Shown here one piece after another: positions 31,001 through 43,000 of a DNA stretch of 64,000 nucleotides. Below the pieces are notes generated by a model. That model did not search any database. It had not been told where the DNA came from and saw only the letters and a list, made by a program, of their open reading frames with translations. Numbering within the stretch: position 1 is the stretch's first letter; the number at the start of each line of letters is the position of its first letter. Origin of the DNA: Acanthaster planci (taxonomy: Eukaryota); contig NW_019091355.1 in NCBI RefSeq assembly GCF_001949145.1, positions 5,853,068-5,917,067 on the forward strand. Reading direction: 5' to 3'. A program made the translations under genes and the position numbers.

Positions 31001-34000
31001 ATGTGTATGTACATGTGTATGTACATGTGTAGTGTGTGCACATTCACAAGACCCCCCCCTGGAATTTTTACAGCAATCAGTCTCTCCTGCAAATTGAAAT
31101 ACATGTACATGTGGGTACGAGCTCCCTTGATTTTCAAGCAGACCGTTTTGGGTGGAATTCTGGTTACGTGAAATCTGACTGCCAAAAAAATGTGCAAAAT
31201 AGGCTTTACCAGGTAAAAATTGTTCAGTCTCTAATGCCATTGTTTAAATAAAATTCATAGCCCTTCCCTCACCAGAGATTGATGAGATACATGTACAAGC
31301 AAACAACCATTGGCATCGTTTTATTGCATCTGCACAATCTTCAGGGACACACAAGCTGAACTACATGTACATAAGTAACCTGGTTCACTCTTCCTGGGAA
31401 GTTGAAGTGAATTCTAGTGTGCTTGACTTTTGTGCAAAGTGAGCTTGAATGCTTGCTTTGTCATCACCAGTTGCTTTCCTGTTGTATAGAGTAAAGTGAA
31501 AATAAATTGTCCTCATTTTTCCTGATTTTCTTATAAAGGTAACAGACCCACATGTATTGAGCAGTTTTTGCCATTCTCAGAATATATACGGTCACAAGAT
31601 ACCACACAATGTAAGGTCAAAAAATAATTACATGTGTCATAGTACAATGCTTGGCAATACATGTACATGTACATGTATGTTGTAGTTCCCAAATTTGGGT
31701 ATCTTTTTCAATTTTTAAATATGCATTCTGTGTACATGGGTACATGTACCGGTAGCTTCTTGGAAATTCCTTTACGTAATTTGCAACTGAAGTCCACAGA
31801 AATATGGTTTTAACATGTACAGTATATTGTTCATGTTTCTTGATAATACATGTACATGTACAAGATCACTATGTAAGACCATTGCAAAGTTGCTTTTTTA
31901 TGAGCACCATAGGCTGCACATGTAGACATACAAAAGGAGCATTTTTGATACCTTTGTGTTTCACATGAGGATTGTGCATAGTGGTGAAGACGAGTGGGAC
32001 TTCTTTTTTGTTCTTCACTTTTCGTTCCTTGTGAATCATATATTCCCGTACATGTACACGTACTGGTAATAGGCGCATCACATGTGAAGCATCATGAGGG
32101 CCACATCAGGCACGCAATGCATTGAGGGCTTGCAATATGGTTTTGTAATTAGCACACCCCTCAGGCATTAGATAGCCTTGTGCTGAATATGAAGGTTCAA
32201 GCACAAAGCCATCAAATTAATCGGAATTACATGTAAATGGTTGTGAAGCCAACCTTGACAGGGGTCTGGAGCATGGATCTTGAAGCCACTTAGAAGCAGT
32301 AGAAGAAGTCGGGATGCCAGATAGCATTTTGGCTCACAAAGGTTGGGCCAGATCAACCTTCACTTTGCAATTTTTTTCTTTTGAAGTTACTGTTTCTCCT
32401 GTTTTTTTGGGGGGGGGTGAGGAGATATTAATTTTGCATTGTGGAGATTTTTAGAATCTCTTTTGGTTAAATTTGTTGTCTCTGCTACATGTACATGTCA
32501 GTGCCTCTGACCAGTGAGGTCTCACAAAGCACTGCCGTTGTTAAAGTGCTCTTTTCACTGCAGCTGCTGCTGTTTTTTTTCTTCTATTTGTCTGTAGTTA
32601 CTATTGTTGCCTTGAATTTTCAATCAAATGAAGTGTCAGAAGAATTATTCAGCAGTATTTTGCCAACATTATTCTTGTTATCGTGATGATTCTCAGGTTA
32701 AAAAGAGGATGGATTTTTAAGAGCAAATGATGGGGAGCTTTTGAATTGAAGTGGCAAAGAAGCAAATCTCAGAAAAACCTGCTGTATCTGCTTGTAAAAT
32801 ATATCCCAGGGTCACTTGAGATTGTCCAGTCATTTCAGGATATGTACAATTATTGCATTTCACTGCTTCTTAGATGGGGCAACCCACATTGTCCGGATTC
32901 TATGACTGGCATCATAAAATCTAAAAAAAGTGAGGGTACCTGCTGGCCACAGAATTCCTTCTAGTCCCACATTTGACCATAGCTCAGGACTGAGGTACAT
33001 GTACCGGTAGATGTGTCATGTTGCCATTCATACTGTAAGTAATACAGTACATGTCCATTGTACATATGGCCTGGGTTCCTCAAAATATGGATTATGGACC
33101 ATTAATTAATGTTCAACTTCGGGGGATCATTTTTCCTGAAGTGAAGAGCAGTGAATTAAGTCCCCGTGTCTGACAAAAGGAGGGAAGTCATGGCTGATTT
33201 CTGGAACACTGATGACCTGGCCAATCTTTCAACTTAATCGGGGCTGATTAATAAAAGTCTCGAGCGTCAGCATTTTTGACAGATATAAACAACCTGTTGA
33301 AATCCTAGCCAATAAAATTTACCAAGGAGTGATAATCCCCGAGATTATTTTACACAGATTTATATGTGGTGAAAGGTAATAACATTTACACATATTAACA
33401 CCGTAATCACGAAATAAAAAACATTTCTCACGAATAATCAAGTCCCGAAGTTGGCAGTCGCGAATGTCATTCAATTCTGTAAAAAAATTGATTGCAAAAG
33501 AAACCAGTGAGTAAAATCAAAATCGATGTACATGTACAAGTGTACAACTCAAGCTTTAAAAAAGTGCAAAAAAGCACCCCCAAACCATCATCCTTTTATG
33601 AATGGAACAGTCCCGTTTTCTTCAAGTACGTTTCCTGAACCTGCAGTTCAGAACACTGATTTTGCGATTTTGCGGCGTCCGTCAATATCTCACGGTGACG
33701 TTAGAAAAATGTTTTGCTGCATTGTGGGCTGTTTAACCTTTGACATCAACCCAGATAGTGTGCCCTCTTATTCATTTGATATTCATGAGCCCCTCCTCGT
33801 ATGAAGGTTCCTCAAAAGAAATGTGTCAAACTGAATGACGTTTGCAAAAAAATGACATCTGAGAGATAAAATACAATTCACGATGAAAATCTAATGCTCA
33901 GAGTTGTTAATTTTGATTTAATTTTCAGCGGGGATATCTCCCAAATAAGTGGCAAAATGAACATCGTGCATGGAATTTCCAAGCACGACTTGTGACAGTG

Positions 34001-37000
34001 TTTTCGGCATTGTCGAACGTCATGCATTTACTGTCAACTTCTCAAACGTCATCAAAATTCCTTCAAATATGACGTTCCCAACAAACATATTGTACTCATT
34101 ATACACTTTTGATGCAGCCAAACTTAAAGATTATTTTCAGTGGTTCAAAGGTATAAGACCTGGCAGATATGCTGTGTTAAATGAAATGATTTATTGAATT
34201 TGTACTTAATGACCTGGTTACAGAAGCACCCATACACGTACGTACTCTATTTAAACATTTTGTCTCCAGCGTTCTTGCTAATTATTTATAATTTAATGTA
34301 ATTGTATATTTAAGTTGATAGTTATGGTTTTTTTGGAATTCATTTGAATAGGCCTAATTTTATATGTTTACGTGTCTGTAATTTTGATGTGTGGTATACT
34401 GTATTTTAGTTGTATGCGCAGTAGTTTATTTTAAATTGTAAGGCAAATTTGATCATATTTTAATGGAAAATATGTGGTATAAATGTTAAAATGTTTATGT
34501 TAAATGTACACAGTAATGCCTAATTTTCCCCAAATAATCATTTTTATAAATCTGAAGGTGCTAATTTGTATTTTACATGATCAAAGTTTTGAAAAATGAT
34601 ATAGGAGCTGCATTTTGGTCCATTTTATTTAGACCATGTATGTACATGTAACCTGATGAGCTGGGTGTGTTGATTTAGTCAGGTCTCCTTGAGCCATTTT
34701 ACTGCTGGTATCCAAGGAACAGAGTCGTCAGTCACAAGGGAAGGAAGCAATTTATCTCCAGTCCATTCCAGACAGTTTCAGTCTAAATTTAGTTGATCAT
34801 GGTTTCTTTAAATATTGAAGTTTATGTGTCATCCTGCCGGTACAACATGTTCAAGTTTCATTAAAAGCTCAGGAATTACATGTACAATGTACATGTACAC
34901 GTGTATGTGCACATACAGTTGAATATTTTCAAAGGAGATAAAAATCCTTGAATTTGGACTGATTCACATACATGTACATGTACATCTATTGGTACCAGAC
35001 TGTAGCTTGTCTGATCAATTTGTCTTCAGTATGCAGTAGTACTAGCTGCTACATGTACATGCACATGTAGGCCTATACATGTGTGTGCGTAAAACAAATG
35101 TACAGACCACTTACAAAGAAAAAATATAAATTGAAAGTTTGAGGCACTGATACATGTAGATAGTTTTGTACAGGTTTTAATAGATCAGTAAAGTAAAAAT
35201 CGTAGAAAATTTATATCTAATTTGGCATGCAAAACCCAATTTCAAGGCATGCATTTCCATGTATTTCATGAGACAAAGTGTGTTCATTTCCTCCATGGTG
35301 TACAATGTACATGTACATTGTTGGCCTACTGGTACATACGGAAGACTGACAAGCCAATACACCTAACTTTTTGCTAAGTTTCTCTCGCTGTCTCACATAG
35401 TCATGAATGGAGTTTTAGCCGTGTGCTTGGTTTATTGTGATCAGAGAGAACTACATGTACTGCACATGTAGACATTTTCCTAGATATTTTTCCCAACCAC
35501 TTCTGGAGGAGACTAGATAGTAAATCTTTCTTTTCAAATTTGTTGTTTCTTAAACTAATAAGTATGGGAGTCTAGGGAGGAGGTAGATCAAATCATCGAC
35601 AGCAACGGTGGACTAATTCTTTTGTGGTGTTTGTTTCTTTCTTTACATTGCTCAGTTTGATGTACTGGTTCAGTCCAGACAGTCAGCTGTTTTGGTGTTA
35701 CTGTGTGTGTTTCCAGGTCAATCTAACAAAGCTGACTCCAGACACCCTGGACCCTATGGCAGCTCAGTTGGGAACATGACTCTTGACCCAACCTCTACGT
35801 GCTGCACAGCCTGGGTTAGTGCTGCACAGCCTGGGTTACAAATAGGTTTATTGGTTTGCTGTCAAGGACAGGAATATGTTGATAACATTTTCAGTATAAG
35901 TGCCCAAGAGGGAGCAAGTAATAAAGAGCTAAGATATTAAGTTTTGGCCCTGAAATGTAAAGAACACATGTCAGAACACAGAACATAAAACTGAAAAGTG
36001 TTTGGAATTAAAACAACAAAATAAACACCAGAGTTGAAAAAGTAATGTTATGCACCGGCAAACCTTGATTTTGAAATTCTAGCGGCCCCCCCATGTTTTA
36101 CTCATTCTTGTTGTCTTACATTCCCAGGGTTTCTTATTTAGCTCAGCTATGCTTATAATTGCTTTGAATTGTAGCACAGACGCTAATTTAGTCATGCTGT
36201 ACTCTGGCTTGATGGCGTGGTCCTTCACTCCTTTGTCTAATGTGTTTTCTCTTCTCAGTTTGGCATTTAAGACTTTGTAACTATTAGTCATTTTCAAGTA
36301 TGATTGTGTAATCCCTTTTTGCACCCAAACTATACACTTTTGTACAAGAGACGTCTCATTCTGTATTTCGCCTTTTTACACACGTCACTTAGATTCTTGC
36401 ACACGACTCTGTAGTAGGAAGACATGTTACCCTTTGAGATGGAAGATTCCCATTAGTTGAGCTCTTCAGTGATGCTCATATTTTATTAATTCTCAAGCCT
36501 CTAGAACCCTATAAATAGAGCAGATGTTGCCTACCGGCATGACCGGTACCTCGTCGATCAGGTGTGGCGGACCAAACCCTTGTTGTGCGGGGTGAAACCT
36601 ATCGTACATGTACATGTAATGCAGCGGTACCCTTTCCAGGAGGTGTGCAGTATATGTAATTCCGAGAACCCATTCTTATGGTGGAGTGCAGTAATCATAT
36701 GAATGCCCAGCTACCGGTCATTTACGGTAGCTTGGACCGATGCAATTGCGTTGCAAACCAGCTGGGGTGCTAGTGAAAGTTGTAGCATTGTAGCGGCCCA
36801 TCACCGCTACGCACGAACTATTTGCCAGGTGAGACACTATCGTGTTCCTCACTGCTCTGGTCCTGCTAACTAGCCCTGGTCCTGCTAATTAGCCCTGGTC
36901 CTGCTAACTAGCCCTGGTCCTGCTAACTAGCCCTGGTCCTGCTAACTAGCCCTGGTCCTGCTAATTAGCCCTGGTCCTGCTAACTAGCCCTGGTCCTGCT

Positions 37001-40000
37001 AACTAGCCCTGGTCCTGCTAACTAGCCCTGGTCCTGCTAACTAGCCCTGGTCCTGCTAACTAGCCCCGGTCCTCTCCGTCTCTGCACCGAGCCAATGGTG
37101 CACAGTGCGACGATTCAGTTATTGCACTCATCACATTCCAGTACGTCTGATTGACAGTGCGGTCAGTACAACATACGGCTGGCCCCGTCCATCTGTTGCT
37201 CATCACCGTGGTGGCCCAGGACAGCTCTCACCATGGCCTAATGAGTCTAGTTGTGCAATGCGATATGCCCGTATCGTACCCACTCCGGGTGACTTGCATT
37301 TCCAATAGTCCCGCAGTTAGTTACATGTACATTCAACTTGGCCTTTATAACTTTGCATGTCATGTGTTGCTCCGTTACAATAAGCTACATGTACATGTAC
37401 ATGTACTCACACACCTCCTTCAAAACCACTTCGAACAAGTTGAAGCAGTAGAAAAAAAGTGAGAGCATTAAACCAGCTGTGCAGTTTGACTGTCACCCAA
37501 ACCTTCTATCCCATCTTTAACCCTAACACTCCTCAATCCTTCACCTGTTGGAGGACTGAGGACTGTTAGGGTTAATTAATAAAGTTTTGACCCCGAATAT
37601 CAAAGCCTATAGGAATGATGGTAAAAGTCCATGCTATAATGTGCTTAATATTTAGGGAAGGCAATAGGAGATTCACACGTCCGAATTTACCCCTCTGTAG
37701 TACATACATACCTGTTTCTTTCATTCCAAGTCGTTGTTATACATACATGTATACTGGTACATGTATGTTTGACACCAGTTTTACAGAATTTTGATGCCAA
37801 AAAGTCAACTTAAATGTCATTGTGTTTGGAATGAAACTGTTCCATTATAGACTACAGAGTGAATTGTACACAGTGACTGTAGTAACTACTACCGATAGCT
37901 GACGAGGATGTGATAGTGGTTGTACATACATGTATTAATTCTGGCCTGTCTGTCTACCAGAATCCAAATATGTCTGTGATAATTTGTTCATTTGAACAGT
38001 TTTATACCGGTACAAAGAATGCATTCGTGTGTATTGTTTTAATGGTGGCATTTTCCATTCAATTTCTGTGGATTCCGCTAGAGTTAAAACTTGATAGGGT
38101 CAGGATAAATAGTATGTTTGTAGTTTGAATTGTACACCTACATGTACATGTAAATAAATCCCTGTCATCTGATTAGTGGGTCATCGATCACATGTCGTCG
38201 ACTTATTTACATGTAGCTTTGTTCATTGGACATCATTGAATACACTACACGTATGCAGAAGGTACCAGTCACAGTCTTTATACATGCACATGTACCTGGT
38301 ATATAAAAAGACCCATTACTGAGCACACTTGTGCATACATGTACATGTACAAGTACATGTAGGAAAGGTGCAGTTGTGGCTGTTGATACAAACACAAAAA
38401 ATTTTGGTCGCTGCTTGCAACATTAAAACTTCCTGTCGCAATTATACCCCCCCGTAAGTAGAAGGGTGACCTGTACACAAAGGGGATATACATTGTATTC
38501 AGGACAAATCTCTAACAATCTGTGTCATGGAAAGTATCATTTCACTCCATAACAGATAGAGTGTTGCATTTTATTAGGCACCTCATGAAATTATTCTTAC
38601 ATCGCACTCATACACATTCATGCATTGTACTTGTATCCTACAGTAAATGATCTTTGTTCACTCCATTTCTGTGTGTTCTTTGGGTGACTTGAACTCGAGT
38701 AACATTGCACCTTTGATTCACCCAGTGGTTTTTGAAAAACACATCTATGAAATTTGGACTTAATGAGGCCTTGGCACTGGGTAATTTCTAGTTATCAGTG
38801 CTGCTATGTACATGTATTGCTTTGGCTTTTCAGTTTTGAATGCAAGCATTATTACTCTATAATAAAACTTCACCTTGACTTCAGGGGTTACATGTAGGTC
38901 ATAGGCACTGTGTTTAACTGTTTACTTATTTCAGAAGAGGTACAGTACTGCCTTGGTGTTCTGCACTTTGCTGTTTATCAAAAGGGTCAGAACCAGGGCT
39001 TTCTGACTGTGTTTGTTATAGATTGTAATCCAGAAGCCTTGAACTAAACTTATTTATGAAGTATGGCATACATGTACATGTACATGTATGTTACATGCTG
39101 TGTCAGTCTTAGTGTGGCCTCCAAACAGAATTTGATCCAAACTCATGAAAATCAAAATCAAAATCAAAATCTGAATAATATTCAATTAAAGTCTGAAAAA
39201 TGAGAAGCCTCTTGGCACTGTTTTGAAACTGCTTTCAAAGCCACAAATAATACTTTCAAAGGGCGTACTGTACATACAATGTATTCTTATCCTGCACTTG
39301 GATTGAGGTTTCTCTCATTGATTTGGTTGGTAGATTTCTTGATAAAATGGGAATGTGATCTTGGTATTCTTGTTATCCAGTTTTCCTGTGTACTTTGTCA
39401 TAAAATAAAACTCCTATGCAGTGTCAATTCAGACACTTTGGTTGAGGAGTCCTTAATTCACTTCGGTTGTGTCTGAATCAAGAGTCAGTTGGTTCAAATG
39501 TATGAATAACAAATGGCTTGCTTCAAGACTGAGTCCGAGTCCCAAACCACTTGTTTAATTCATTGATATAATATGTTGAGCAGGTGCTCTGTCCTGTATA
39601 CTTACAGTTGGAACAGCCTGGTAATCACGAACTTATTGTTATATTTAAATCCATGTACATGTACATGGCATTAATGGAGATATTCCTATTGGTCTTCTTT
39701 TGTAACAGTTCCCATTAGTTTTGTACACATTTCCCAATTGAGCACATCCTCTGTTGAATCCCTGTGTCCTTGATTGTGAAAGAATGTACATGTACATGTA
39801 TCCTCAATTGACAGCATAGTGATATGTGTACATGAAACTCATTCATTTTAATACATGTGGCTGTTCATCTCTATCCCCTCATCATGGTGAGTAAAAATAA
39901 GAATCAGAATTACAAGGTGTAAACTACATGTATGACCCATCTGTCTTGATTCCTTAGTGTCAAATCTGTGGCATGGTAGTTACCAACAAGTCTACTGGGT

Positions 40001-43000
40001 ATAAAGTTGATTCTGGATCACCAAACCTGCAATATATAAAGAACCGTAAGATGGACTCTGATATTTGGTTTCAAAAAGCCTTAAAAAACCTCAGGAATAC
40101 GGACATTTTTCTACAATTTTGATGTTAAAACTGTTCTTGAAAACGAAGTGAATAAGCTCTGTGATGAAAAACAGAGAGCTGCAAAAACCGATGAACTTCC
40201 TGTGTCTGAATGTGAGCTGTTAGGCTGATGGCTTTACCAGGCAGTTACTGGTTACTGTGGCCAGGTACCCGGAATAGATAGCCGAGAGTTAGACCTATTT
40301 CCTCATTTGTAGTCAAGGTTAAAGCAGAAATGTAAAAATTAAATTCATGTTGTTTATTATCACTTGCCTGACACTACAAACTGATCTTTTGTAGGTAAAA
40401 TTGACAGATGGGACGATAATTTGATTCAAAGAAAGATGCTACATGAAGTAATAATAAGAAGACAATAAAGAAATGTTCAGTTTTAGAGTTAGGGAGGAAA
40501 ACACAGGATGAATATTTCAGGGAAAACTCACAGAGTCAGGCAGGAACTGAAAACCTAATTCACATTCTGATCTACGTTGGATTCAAACCTGGGTCTCAGA
40601 GATGGAAGGAGAGGAAAGAGCCACTACACCAACCTGACTCTCCATCTTCTTGGTCATGGTCTTGATCCTTCTGATCTCCTACCCTGTTGAATATCTCTCA
40701 AAGCTTAACCCTTGCCTTGCACCATCCTATAAAGCAACTTTGCCCGAATGTCATTTGGTACATTTAATGTGAGTGCACAGTGGTAATGTGGTTCTGGTAA
40801 TGACACCAGGGATTCCTCAAAAGCACCCTGGGCACTGTAGCTCGTGAACCTGAAGAAACCTGTAGAGAGGAGACAGTGAGAAGTAACAGTTTTATCAGTG
40901 GGAGGAAAACCCCAGAGGAATATTCTAGGTGAAACCCATGGAATCAGATACATGTAGGGATTGAAAACCCAATCCACATGTGGACCGCACCAGGATTTGA
41001 ACCCGAACCCCCAGAGGTGGAAGGTGAGGAAAGGACCACTGTGCCAACCTGACCCCCCACATCATGCATACAAAAGACACTGATAATATAAGGTTGGATG
41101 CAGTAAGTAGGTGATGGCTTTTTCACTCCCGTAAGCTGTTTGTGTGGGAACATGCCTGAGGCGTTCAGACAGCTGACAGTGCACACACACCCAAGTGTGT
41201 ATTTGCCTGCAACTGGGGAACCCCATTTTCCTCTTTTGTTTGTACTTTAACTTTTTAGAAGACCACCCATATGTTTTGTACACTGTTGTCAATCGGGGAA
41301 CTTCTGACTTGTTCAGGGTTCCCAATTGAATGCAGAAACAAACTCACAATACCATACTTCATTTGTGGGGAGAAATTGTAAGAGAGCACCTGCGGCACTT
41401 GTGTACATATATGCACACAGAATGGGTTAATGATTTTTCTTTCTTTTCTTCTCACTTCTGTGCAGTGATTCAGCTAGTGGAGCTCGCTGCCAAGACGGTG
41501 GCCCTCAACTTCCCCTTTGAGGTGGTGGAGCACATGTACCCACCTGTCCCAGAGAATTTACAGCTGCGCATTGCGTTCTGGAGCTTCCCTGAGAATGAGG
41601 AAGATATAAGGTAGGCAAAAGGATAACCCAGTCATTACCACCATGTGAGAAAGAGGCTAGCTTTGATAGACTTTTGCAGAGTAAAATTTGATTTATGGAG
41701 GACACAGGTACATGCTTGTAACATAGGCGTTGCATACAGAATTGGCCAATGACGGTAAACTATCTAAGATAAAGTGTTGCCTCTCAAGATGGAGTCCATG
41801 TACCTATCCATGTACTACCAGAACCAGCCAGTGGAATCTGGCTAAACTATCTAAGATAAAGTGTTGCCTCTCAAGATGGAGTCCATGTACCTATCCATGT
41901 ACTACCAGAACCAGCCAGTGGAATCTCAGAGACTCTGAAGTGACTGCCACTTACCGGGTAGCTTGTCTGAGCCAGCTTGATACATGTATTTTGCGTTTTA
42001 AACTGGAAAACATTTGAACATTTGAAAGTTGAAGCATGAGGGATGTGCCATTGGGTTGCTGCAGCATGGAAGACACGGCAGGACCAAGAGGGGCTCATGG
42101 TACCGTAAATGTGAAGACACGGCAGGACCAAGAGGGGCTCATGGTACCGTAAATGTGAAGACATGGGCAGGACCAAGAGGGGCTCATGGTACCGTAAATG
42201 TGAAGACACGGCAGGACCAAGAGGGGCTCATGGTACCGTAAATGTGAAGACATGGGCAGGACCAAGAGGGGCTCATGGTACCGTAAATGTGAAGACATGG
42301 GCAGGACCAAGAGGGGCTCCTGGTAAATGTGTCTGTGGAGAGCTTGGTTTCAATGTAATTCATGTTCAAAGTCACGCCAAGTTATTAAAAATTGTATTCA
42401 TGGTTGGTCAGTGTAAGTCTTCACATGAGTCTAACTACACGTATCTTATCTGAAAATTACTTGCCTTTTTAGCGTTTCATCACTCTCTATAAATACATGT
42501 ACTTATATCTTGTCTTGTGCTTGAACGTGGTATTTGGTTAGTACTGGTAGCGTATTAGATTTTATGTCTGTTAAGCCTACTATGTTTTTGTTGTTTTAGT
42601 TCATTGTTTGTCTATCTCGTTAATGCCAGTTTATGTGCCTATATATATTCATTGATGCAGATTGTATTCCTGCTTAGCCAATGGCAGTCCGGATGAGTAC
42701 CAGAAGGGAGAGCATATGGTTAAGAGTAGAGCAGTGAAAGATGCCTTACAGATTGGCTTCCATCTGAGCGGCACGGTATCACCTGTGGCCCAGGGAAGTG
42801 CTGCCCAGCAGCAGGGCACCTTCAATGTGGCCATCACCTTTGATCGCCGCCGCGTCTCATCCTGCTCTTGCACCTGCGCCTCAGCCAGCAAGTGGTGCAG
42901 CCATGTGGTGGCGCTCTGCCTATTCCGCATTGTGCACCCGGCCCAGGTCTGCCTGAGGGCACCAGTCTCAGAGTCCTTGTCGCGGCTTCACCGGGACCAG

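Noticed and set aside
34652..34700. CTGATGA motifs (also 13519, 23074, 23423) as hammerhead ribozyme cores
   Set aside because: No stem II followed by GAAA and no matching stems I/III.
42069..42330. 44/45-bp and 19-bp (36857-37073) arrays as CRISPR-like repeats
   Set aside because: Units are head-to-tail with no unique spacers, there are no cas genes, and the context is a eukaryotic intron.
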